Under the pieces are notes generated by a model. That model made no database searches. It was not told the origin of the DNA and was given only the letters and a program-made list of their open reading frames with translations. A program made the translations under genes and the position numbers. Below are positions 57,032 to 64,000 of a stretch of 64,000 nt of DNA, piece by piece. The stretch is from NCBI GenBank assembly GCA_001818495.1, contig MHKS01000004.1:161235-225234 (forward strand). The letters are read 5' to 3'. Numbering within the stretch: the stretch's first letter is position 1; each line of letters starts with the position of its first letter. The DNA comes from Candidatus Komeilibacteria bacterium RIFOXYD1_FULL_37_29. Lineage in GTDB: Bacteria; Patescibacteriota; Patescibacteriia; UBA1558; GWA2-36-10.

Positions 57032-57277
57032 TTAGTGGTTGATAGCCATATTACTGATGCGTTGTTCCACTTTCGACGGGACAGACAAAGTAATCGCGGC
57101 TTCGCCGAGACGACGTTCTATAAACGTTGAGTTGTCATATGTGACGAAGGTGACATGTCCTCTAGCCACGTCTTCCGGTCGAATAAAGGTTCTGGCTGTG
57201 CCAGCGTTGTGATCAATCAGACAGAGATTATCAGTAAAAGATATTCTGTCGATTGGATATGATGCTTGATAGGGCAT
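57032..57277 (-). CDS. small hypothetical protein (81 aa), G+C-richer than its surroundings
   Basis: A perfect SD AAAGGAGG sits 5 nt before the ATG. Downstream on the same strand is a hairpin AAAGACCAGCCAATCATTTTGGTCTTT (8-bp stem). Confidence 0.5.
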   Translation of the reverse strand: MPYQASYPIDRISFTDNLCLIDHNAGTARTFIRPEDVARGHVTFVTYDNSTFIERRLGEAAITLSVPSKVEQRISNMAINH

Positions 57278-57488
57278 ATGAGCCTCCTTTGAAGGTGATG
57301 GGTTTATAGAAATTAATGAACTTATTTACATCAACAAAATACTGACCAGTCGATGGTCAGTATTGTAAATTTTAAAAAAAATTTAGACCATCAACAGATC
57401 AATGAAAACATAACCTTCTTTTCCTTGGAAACAAAAGTTAACTGCTTGGCAGAAGGTTTTTTCAAAATCATTTTTGATGGTTGTCTGT

Positions 57489-57740
57489 CTAACATATAAT
57501 TATTATAGCAACAGCAAAAAAATTGTCAAAGATTTTTGGTATTTGAAAGAGGCTCAATGTTTGATCGAGCCTCTCAGATGAGGAGAAAGTGGTAGTAATA
57601 TAGTGGTCATGATAATCGGCCGGTGGGATGGAAGAGGTAGGATGGACGATTGAGTAAAATACCCAACCGACGCAGAAAATTACCGCCAGAATGATACAAA
57701 CAATCAGTCCAACGCGGCCTAGGTTTTTGTTGCTAATCAC
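57489..57740 (-). CDS. small membrane protein (83 aa, GTG start)
   Basis: An SD AAGGAG sits 6 nt before the GTG. It has a TM segment GLIVCIILAVIFCVGWVFY. Its 3' part contains a perfect hairpin GAGGCTCgatcaaacattGAGCCTC. Confidence 0.45.
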   Translation of the reverse strand: MISNKNLGRVGLIVCIILAVIFCVGWVFYSIVHPTSSIPPADYHDHYITTTFSSSERLDQTLSLFQIPKIFDNFFAVAIIIIC

Positions 57741-57822
57741 AGCAATCTCCTTGGTTGATTATTTTAGAACAGTTTATATTTATAGTACATACTATTTACT
57801 ATTTTTTGTCAATCAAGCTTCC

Positions 57823-57846
57823 CCTGCCTACCGCAGGCAGGCGCGA
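57823..57846 (+). repeat. 24-nt direct repeat copy 2 (CCTGCCTACCGCAGGCAGGCGCGA)
   Basis: See copy 1. Together the two repeats bracket about 0.95 kb containing the two small minus-strand genes. Confidence 0.75.
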
Positions 57847-57870
57847 TGGGGGGTAATTTGTATAAAAGGA

Positions 57871-57901
57871 AAAACGGAGGCCATTACTGGTCGCCGTTTT
57901 T
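57871..57901. terminator. imperfect bidirectional terminator downstream of the minus-strand secreted-protein gene
   Basis: aaAAACGGaggccattactggtcgCCGTTTtt is present. Confidence 0.45.
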
Positions 57902-57928
57902 AGGAAGGGGGAGTTAGGGGTATATTAG

Positions 57929-58297
57929 CTATCGATTGATAGTCAGATTGTGTTCAGATAGCACGGAACTATCAGATAGTAGTAGCCTCTTGATGTGATA
58001 GCGGCTACCAGATAATATTATCCGATGGCGGACAGTGTAGACTTTTTTAGTCTCAAGATTTGTTACTTCTAGCTGACAGCTTTGTGGTGAGGGATTGATG
58101 ATATAAGGATCTCGGATTTCGAAATCCCATTGGCATTCCGGTCCGCTATAGGGGATGTCGTAGGAGTAGTTATCTTGAATAATAAAGGCGATACTGTCAT
58201 CGCCAATCCCAGGAATATCCTGAGGTTGAGGCGAGTAAGCGGCTACCAGAGCAATCAGAACAATCATCAAAATTGAGGCGAAAATCCATTTCCGCAT
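57929..58297 (-). CDS. small secreted hypothetical protein (signal peptide plus about 100-aa domain)
   Basis: The likely true start is the ATG at 58297 (MRKWIFASILMIVLIALVAAYSP), with SD AAGGAG 7 nt upstream. The ORF-track start at 58348 is further upstream. Confidence 0.55.
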   Translation of the reverse strand: MRKWIFASILMIVLIALVAAYSPQPQDIPGIGDDSIAFIIQDNYSYDIPYSGPECQWDFEIRDPYIINPSPQSCQLEVTNLETKKVYTVRHRIILSGSRYHIKRLLLSDSSVLSEHNLTINR

Positions 58298-58446
58298 AAT
58301 ATAACTCCTTGTTTTTTGGATTGAACGAATATTTTTAAAGTATAACATATTTTAGCATTTTTGTCAATATTAATATGATAGATGCCATAAGTTGACATAT
58401 TATGATATTTTTGTTAATATTTACCTCGTTAAATAATGACAAGATT

Positions 58447-58761
58447 ATGAAAGCAGTTATTAGAACAGGCGGGAAACAATATCAAGTAGCCAAAGGCGAT
58501 ACTATTAAAATTGAAAAATTGGCCGACCTAAAAGATGGTCAAAAAGTAGTTTTTAATGAAGTTTTGCTTTTGATTGATAGGGATAAGGTTACTGTTGGCG
58601 CTCCGCTAGTAGCCAAAGCCAAAGTAGAAGGCACTTTTGTGCGGACTTTTAAGGATAAAAAAGTTGATGTTTTTAAGTATAAAAACAAAATTCGCTACCG
58701 CAGAAATTACGGACACCGTCAGCAATTTACTGAAGTAAAGATTGATAGTGTTACTGCTTAA
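58447..58761 (+). CDS. rplU: 50S ribosomal protein L21
   Basis: MKAVIRTGGKQYQVAKGDTIKIEKL... is canonical L21. The start was trimmed to the ATG at 58447. No rpmA follows. Confidence 0.9.
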   Translation: MKAVIRTGGKQYQVAKGDTIKIEKLADLKDGQKVVFNEVLLLIDRDKVTVGAPLVAKAKVEGTFVRTFKDKKVDVFKYKNKIRYRRNYGHRQQFTEVKIDSVTA

Positions 58762-58775
58762 AATTATTTCAATAT

Positions 58776-58817
58776 AAAAACCCCTTCCGAAGTTTTATAG
58801 TAGGAGGGGATTTTTTT
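58776..58817. terminator. bidirectional terminator between rplU (+) and recR (-)
   Basis: aaaaaCCCCtTCCgaagttttatagtaGGAGGGGattttttt is present. Confidence 0.65.
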
Positions 58818-58819
58818 AA

Positions 58820-59416
58820 TTAAACTTTTTTTCTATTTTTTAGAGCCGAGCCCAGGGTAATCTCATCGGTATATTCTATATTGGCTCCCATCGGGATACC
58901 TCTGGCCAGCTGAGTGACAGTGACTGGATAATCTTGCAAAAATTTAGAAAGATAAATAGCCGTAGCTTCACCTTCCAGGCTTTGATCTAGTGCTAAGATG
59001 ATTTCTTTTACTCCGTTATTTTTTATTCTTTCAGCCAGCTCGTGTATTTTCAATTTATCGGGCGTAATTCCTTCTAAGGGACTCAAGAGGCCGTTGAGTA
59101 AATGATAGACTCCGTGAAACTCAGAAGTTTTTTCTATAGCTTCGACATCCTGGTTATTGGCTACTACGCAAATAATATTTTTGTCTCTTTGGGGATTGGC
59201 ACAAATACTACAGAGTTCGTTTTCTGCCAGATTGTAGCAGAGGGGACATAGATGAATATTTTTGTAGGCATCCGATAAGGCCATAGATAGTTCTTTGATA
59301 TCTTCTTTTCGGTGCATCAAATTAAAAACCAACCTGGCGGAAGTTTTTGGTCCAATGCCAGGTAGTTTATCAAACTCGTTGATTAGTCTTTGTATGAAAT
59401 CCGGTAAATGCTTCAT
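58820..59416 (-). CDS. recR: recombination protein RecR
   Basis: It has the N-terminal HhH (LPGIGPKTSARL), the C4 zinc finger CPLCYN...CSIC and the Toprim domain. Confidence 0.9.
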   Translation of the reverse strand: MKHLPDFIQRLINEFDKLPGIGPKTSARLVFNLMHRKEDIKELSMALSDAYKNIHLCPLCYNLAENELCSICANPQRDKNIICVVANNQDVEAIEKTSEFHGVYHLLNGLLSPLEGITPDKLKIHELAERIKNNGVKEIILALDQSLEGEATAIYLSKFLQDYPVTVTQLARGIPMGANIEYTDEITLGSALKNRKKV

Positions 59417-59417
59417 G

Positions 59418-59708
59418 CTATTTCAATAGATTGTCTAGGCCACCCATTTCTTGCATTTTCATAGCCATCTTGCGTTGCACTTTTTTGATAGCTTCGGCCA
59501 CAGCGCTTTGAATTTCTTTTTCCAGGTCGTTTTTTTTATCCTTACTTAAAAAATCTTCGCTGATACTGATAGTCTTGATTTCTTGATTACCATCCATCAC
59601 TATTTTGACAGCGCGGTTACTGACCTCAATGGTTTCAGAAGCCATGGCATTTTTGATGACGTTGGCTTGTTTTCTAAGATCGTTGTATTGTTTTAATTTG
59701 TTGAACAT
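59418..59708 (-). CDS. ybaB: nucleoid-associated protein YbaB/EbfC
   Basis: Its roughly 96-aa length, the pattern MFNKLKQ...MQEMGGL and its position upstream of recR fit YbaB. Confidence 0.85.
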   Translation of the reverse strand: MFNKLKQYNDLRKQANVIKNAMASETIEVSNRAVKIVMDGNQEIKTISISEDFLSKDKKNDLEKEIQSAVAEAIKKVQRKMAMKMQEMGGLDNLLK

Positions 59709-59729
59709 ATTTTGTTTTGTTTAATTATT

Positions 59730-61169
59730 TTAAGGTATGTTTTGCCAGCCGATTTGAGCATGTGTTTTGCGACCAGGAATAGGAATATCATCGGTATTTT
59801 CTTCTAGCGGAGGAGTCATATGTTGATATTCTTTATCCAAATTTTTGAAAGATACTTTGTTTTCATCAAAGAATAATCGACATAAGCCAGTTGGTCCGTT
59901 TCTATGTTTGTCGATATGGATTTCGGCAATATTTTTTTCCTCTTCTGGACAATCACCGCGTGACTTGTCTTTGATGCGGCGATAGATAAACATGACGATA
60001 TCGGCATCTTGCTCGATAGAGCCTGATTCTCTGAGGTCGGCTAGTTTGGGGATAGCTGGGGAGCGTGATTCAACAGCTCGAGATAATTGAGATAGTGCTA
60101 GAACTGGTATATCTAACTCACGGGCGATTTGTTTAAGAGACCTAGATATTTTGGATATTTCCTGGACGCGGTTTTCAGAGTTGGCGTCTCCTTCCATCAA
60201 TTGCAAGTAATCTACCACTAAAAAGCCCAGGTTGTGTTCCATCTTCAGACGGCGAGCTTTGGTACGGATTTCCATGACATTGGAATTGGCACTATCGTCG
60301 ATAAATATCGGAGCTTCAGACAAGACTCCCATAGCCCGACCAATTCGAGGGAAATCGTCATCTTCTTCTTTATCGGATAAGCGACCAGTCCTCATTTTCC
60401 AAAGATCTACTTCAGCTTCGGCCGATAGGAGTCTATCAACTAGTTGTTCTTTACTCATTTCCAAAGAAAATATGCCGACCGGGACCCGAGCTTTCACAGC
60501 AACATTTCTAGCAATATCTAAAGCCAGAGTCGTTTTACCTAAAGATGGGCGAGCGGCCAAAATAATCAAATCGGAATTTTGAAAACCAGACAGCTTGTTG
60601 TCTAGATCACTAAAGCCACTAGGAATTCCTCTGGTGCCTTTGCCACCAGATTTGTGTAGTTCATCTATACGGTTAAAAGCTTCGGTCAAAACACTTTTGA
60701 TGGGTATGAAATTTTTTTTGAGAGATTCTTGAGAAATAGAGAAAAGTTTTTGTTCAGCTCGGTCCAAAAGACTACTGACATCCTGATCTTCGGAAAAGCT
60801 AAACTCTGATATTTCGCTGGCGGCTCTTTCTAGTTTGCGCAGAGTGGATTTTTTGCGAATAATCTCCGAATAAGTGACGACATGGGAAGAGTTTGGTACG
60901 CCGGCTGTTAGTTCGGCCAAATAGGCCTTACCACCTACACCATCTAGTTGTTTTTTCTCAGCCAATCTATTACCAACGGACAAAATATCAGCTGGTTCAT
61001 GCTTTTCAAACAAATCTAAAATAGCTTGATAGATCAAGCCATGAGATTCTTTGTAGAAATCTGCTGGACGCAAAGCATCACCGACTTTGATAATCGCTTC
61101 TTTATCAATCAGTAAAGCTCCTAAAAGCGAACTTTCAGCTTCTAAATTTTGCGGAGGGATTTTACTCAT
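59730..61169 (-). CDS. dnaB: replicative DNA helicase DnaB
   Basis: It has the N-terminal domain (PQNLEAESSLLGALL), Walker A (AARPSLGKTTLALDIARN) and the RecA-like C-terminal motifs. Confidence 0.9.
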   Translation of the reverse strand: MSKIPPQNLEAESSLLGALLIDKEAIIKVGDALRPADFYKESHGLIYQAILDLFEKHEPADILSVGNRLAEKKQLDGVGGKAYLAELTAGVPNSSHVVTYSEIIRKKSTLRKLERAASEISEFSFSEDQDVSSLLDRAEQKLFSISQESLKKNFIPIKSVLTEAFNRIDELHKSGGKGTRGIPSGFSDLDNKLSGFQNSDLIILAARPSLGKTTLALDIARNVAVKARVPVGIFSLEMSKEQLVDRLLSAEAEVDLWKMRTGRLSDKEEDDDFPRIGRAMGVLSEAPIFIDDSANSNVMEIRTKARRLKMEHNLGFLVVDYLQLMEGDANSENRVQEISKISRSLKQIARELDIPVLALSQLSRAVESRSPAIPKLADLRESGSIEQDADIVMFIYRRIKDKSRGDCPEEEKNIAEIHIDKHRNGPTGLCRLFFDENKVSFKNLDKEYQHMTPPLEENTDDIPIPGRKTHAQIGWQNIP

Positions 61170-61174
61170 TTTAT

Positions 61175-61873
61175 CTATATATTTCTAATTTTATCTATCA
61201 ATGTCTGGACTCTTATGCTAGTTTCTTTATAAGACATTACTTGTTCTTCTGTTTCTTCATTTCTATGTTTTATGGTTTCAAACATTTCATCATAAGATTG
61301 TTCTATTAAATCTATTTCATGTATGGGTATTATTGTAGAGTATAGTGAATCAAGATCTGTCTGAATACTTTCTTCAGCAGTAATAAACATTGATTGCATT
61401 TGTATAGTATTTGTGTGAAATTTTTTTCTTAGTTGTTTAGTACCATCTACTGATAATTTTATTTGGTTAGTAGGAGATAATCTATAAAGTTCAGAAAATT
61501 TTGATTCTAGTTCATCAATTGTCATATCAAATAGAAATTCTATCCTCATCAGTTCTCCCTTAGTTAATTCAAAGAATTTTTTTACTCTTTCTTTCATTTG
61601 AGCAATTTTTTCTTTTTTTTCTCTAGCTTCTGTTGATAATTCCATTTCAAATTTATTTTCCGGAGGGATAATTGATTCGTCGGGAGTTTTTAGACGGTCA
61701 TCAATATTATCAGTTATTTCTCCGTGTTCTTCGGAACCACCTTCATTTTTATCATGCTTTGATTGAGTATAGTTTTCATTTTTTTCTAAACTACAATCAG
61801 GGCCGTGATTTGGGAGCTCACGGTAACATTCTTGACAAATATTTTCAGGTATTAATTTACTTTCGTTAATCAT
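61175..61873 (-). CDS. acidic hypothetical protein with N-terminal Cys cluster (CQECYRELPNHGPDC), immediately upstream of dnaB
   Basis: It is an ORF only and is very A+T-rich relative to dnaB. Confidence 0.45.
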   Translation of the reverse strand: MINESKLIPENICQECYRELPNHGPDCSLEKNENYTQSKHDKNEGGSEEHGEITDNIDDRLKTPDESIIPPENKFEMELSTEAREKKEKIAQMKERVKKFFELTKGELMRIEFLFDMTIDELESKFSELYRLSPTNQIKLSVDGTKQLRKKFHTNTIQMQSMFITAEESIQTDLDSLYSTIIPIHEIDLIEQSYDEMFETIKHRNEETEEQVMSYKETSIRVQTLIDKIRNI

Positions 61874-62212
61874 TTCATTTCTTTTATTTCTTTTCTAATT
61901 TTTTCTAATTTTTTTTCATCAAATTCAATAGAAATCTTATTTAATGTATCTCCTTGCTGGGCAGTGTTGTTTTTAATGAATTTTATTAGATTATCAAAAG
62001 TTTTTATTATATTTTTTATTTCTTTTTTAGATGAATTTTCCATATAAATTTCATATTTTATAAAATTAGCTTAACCTATTTTACCTTATTTTTCAAGTTT
62101 TGTTATAGACAGTTTATACCCATACTTTGGCCAACTCAGTATAGTAAATAAAAAACAGCCAAAGTGGCTGATATTTAACTGGTCTGTGCCATCCGAAACT
62201 ATATAATAAGGA

Positions 62213-62289
62213 TGGTGCGCCCAGTAGGATTCGAACCTACGACCGTTTGCTTAAAAGGCAACTGCTCTGCCAGGCTGAGCTATAGGCGC
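62213..62289 (-). tRNA. tRNA-Lys (anticodon TTT), CCA encoded
   Basis: The reverse complement folds as GCGCCTA-TA-GCTC-AGCCTGGCA-GAGC-A-GTTGC-CTTTTAA-GCAAA-CGGTC-GTAGG-TTCGAAT-CCTAC-TGGGCGC-A-CCA. Confidence 0.85.
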
Positions 62290-62353
62290 TTAAGTATAAA
62301 ATAATATAAAATACGGAGCTTAGTATATATAATTTTGCCTTTATTGTCAATAT

Positions 62354-64000
62354 TTACATTATCTCCGGCGCCTCAATACCTAGTAGTTTCAAGCCTTCTT
62401 TTAAGGTTTTTTTGGTTATTTGAGAAATTTGTAAGCGACTTTGCTTTGTTTTTTCGTCTGGAGCATTTAAAACCTTATGTTTTTGGTAGAAATTGTTGTA
62501 TATTTTGGCCAATTCAAATAAATATTGGGTGATCAAAGAAGGATTATAAGTAATGGCGGCTTTTTGGACGGTTTCTGTAAAACTCAAGATAGAGCGGATT
62601 AATTTTTTTTCTTCATCATTAAAACTAACTTCTTTTAATTCGCTGAGGTTATTTAGCTTAGTGTTTTTTTTGAGCATATTGAAAATACGGGCATGCGTAT
62701 ATTGGATAAAGGTGCCGGTATAACCATCAAAGGAAATTGACTCTTCTGGTTTAAAGATTATATTTTTTTGCGGGTTGGTGGAGAGCATAAAGAATTTTAA
62801 AGCACCGAGGCCAACAATAGTGGCAATATTGGCTTTTTGTTCGTCAGAGCTGTCTATTTTTTTCTCAGCTTTGTTCATAACTGCTTGGGCTTGTCTTATC
62901 ATAGTAGCTATCAGCTCATCGGCATCGGCGGTTTTGCCTTCACGGGATTTTATTTTACCGCCGGGTAAAGAGACCATGCCGTAGGATAGATGATGTAAAT
63001 TTTTGGCCCATTTAAAACCAAGTTTGGCCAAAGTCAAAAATAGCACTTTAAAATGATATTCTTGTTCATTGGCTACCACATAGATGGCCTGATCAAACTT
63101 GAATTTTTTGTATCTTTTCTCGGCTGTGCCTAAGTCTTGAGTGATATAGACAGAGGTGCCGTCAGAGCGCAATATTATTTTCTGATCCAAACCATCGGCG
63201 GTCAGATCTATCCAGACTGAGCCGTCAGCTTTTTTAAAGAAAACTTTTTTCTTGAGGCCTTGGTCTACTAGATTTTTACCCAAAAGATAAGTGTCACTTT
63301 CAAAATCTAAGTGATCAAATTCTATACCTAGGGCTTTGTAGGTTTCATCATAACCGGCATAGACCCAGTCATTCATGGTTTTCCAAATATGGCAGACTTC
63401 GGGGTCGTCATTTTCCCAATCTTGAAGCATGGTGTGAGCTTTTTTCATCCACTTAGAATTAGCCAAAAATTCTTCGGCTACTTTTTTCCGACTCAGATTG
63501 TCTAATTTGTCCAAGCTGATCTTTTTTTCAGCCAGATATTTTTGTTCTTCTTCTTTGAGTAATTGGCCAAATTTTACATAATATTTTCCGACCAGATGGT
63601 CACCCTTTACGCCGGAGGATTTGGGTGTTTCACCATTGCCAAATTCCTGCCAGGCCAGCATGCTTTTGACTATATGAATGCCACGGTCATTGATAATATT
63701 GACAGCCGTAGTTTTGTAGCCAGCAGCTTTATAGATATTGACCAGTGCTTGGCCAATACAATTGTTTCGGACATGACCGACATGCTGAGGCTTGTTGGTG
63801 TTTGGTCCAGAAAATTCTATTAAGATTTTTTTATTTTGGCCGTAATTACTATGACCGATATTTTTATTTTTGCCTATTTGAATAATAGATTCTCTGATAA
63901 AATCATCGCTTATAAAAAGATTAAGGTAGGGTCCAATGTTTTTGACACTTTTTATAAGCGGTCCGGCTTGATACGCAGTAGCTAGTTCTTTGGCGAGCTC
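62354..64000 (-). CDS. argS: arginyl-tRNA synthetase (5' end beyond the window edge)
   Basis: The frame continues open upstream of the ORF-track Met at 63661 to the window end. The translation there contains the class I HIGH region (PNTNKPQHVGHVRN). The C-terminal anticodon-binding domain is present. Confidence 0.85.
   Translation of the reverse strand, partial: ELAKELATAYQAGPLIKSVKNIGPYLNLFISDDFIRESIIQIGKNKNIGHSNYGQNKKILIEFSGPNTNKPQHVGHVRNNCIGQALVNIYKAAGYKTTAVNIINDRGIHIVKSMLAWQEFGNGETPKSSGVKGDHLVGKYYVKFGQLLKEEEQKYLAEKKISLDKLDNLSRKKVAEEFLANSKWMKKAHTMLQDWENDDPEVCHIWKTMNDWVYAGYDETYKALGIEFDHLDFESDTYLLGKNLVDQGLKKKVFFKKADGSVWIDLTADGLDQKIILRSDGTSVYITQDLGTAEKRYKKFKFDQAIYVVANEQEYHFKVLFLTLAKLGFKWAKNLHHLSYGMVSLPGGKIKSREGKTADADELIATMIRQAQAVMNKAEKKIDSSDEQKANIATIVGLGALKFFMLSTNPQKNIIFKPEESISFDGYTGTFIQYTHARIFNMLKKNTKLNNLSELKEVSFNDEEKKLIRSILSFTETVQKAAITYNPSLITQYLFELAKIYNNFYQKHKVLNAPDEKTKQSRLQISQITKKTLKEGLKLLGIEAPEIM

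Noticed and set aside
56887-57846. 24-nt repeats as CRISPR repeats
   Set aside because: There are only two copies about 0.9 kb apart with genes between them. This is not a repeat-spacer array.
62335-62532. 65-aa plus-strand ORF overlapping the argS 3' end
   Set aside because: It is antisense to argS. Its Leu/Phe-rich composition is typical of antisense A+T-rich coding sequence.

Overview
This 64-kb window comes from an A+T-rich, gene-dense bacterial chromosome. It carries about 65 protein genes and two tRNAs (Glu-CTC on the plus strand, Lys-TTT on the minus strand). I see no rRNA, CRISPR array, transposase or integrase. The backbone is housekeeping and can be read directly from the translations. 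Translation genes: rplY (3' part), prfA-prmC, rpmE, rpsB-tsf-pyrH, cysS with a TrmH-family methyltransferase, rplJ-rplL behind an L10-leader-like attenuator, rplU, and argS (partial). Glycolysis genes: gap, then pgk-eno followed by two tandem gpmI paralogues. Cell-envelope genes: uppP, mannose-1-P guanylyltransferase, mltG, mraZ-rsmH-ftsL-ftsI-murF, ddl, plsC and an acyl-CoA ligase. Replication genes: dnaB, ybaB, recR. The small fragmented operons, many short hypothetical proteins and low G+C suggest a streamlined uncultivated lineage, plausibly CPR/Patescibacteria-like, but that is inference only. Most of the hunt value lies in six places. (1) An A+T-rich block at about 23.0-30.7 kb holds a VanX-like D-Ala-D-Ala dipeptidase, Ddl, a truncated Ddl paralogue and a DegT-type aminotransferase, followed by small HExxH and methyltransferase-like proteins. 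(2) A 1241-aa secreted protein combines an M23 peptidase domain, three PKD domains, LVIVD-type beta-propeller repeats and a C-terminal domain that looks like a T9SS (Por) sorting domain. Its composition differs from the flanks and it contains a 57-bp near-perfect internal repeat. (3) A G+C-rich 2.3-kb two-gene island (a LysM membrane protein and a beta-rich protein) sits directly upstream of the rplJ promoter and leader. (4) A roughly 0.95-kb segment next to tRNA-Glu is bounded by 24-nt direct repeats and encodes two small SD-driven proteins. (5) Three paralogous 7TM sensor proteins are present, of which only one carries a histidine kinase. Between them lie a pseudo-asparaginase and an extended adenylate-kinase-like gene. 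(6) A 570-bp non-coding gap lies between rpmE and rpsB, and a 38-aa SD-driven hydrophobic mini-ORF with its own terminator lies upstream of pgk. All domain calls are from reading motifs by eye and should be confirmed by HMM or BLAST searches.
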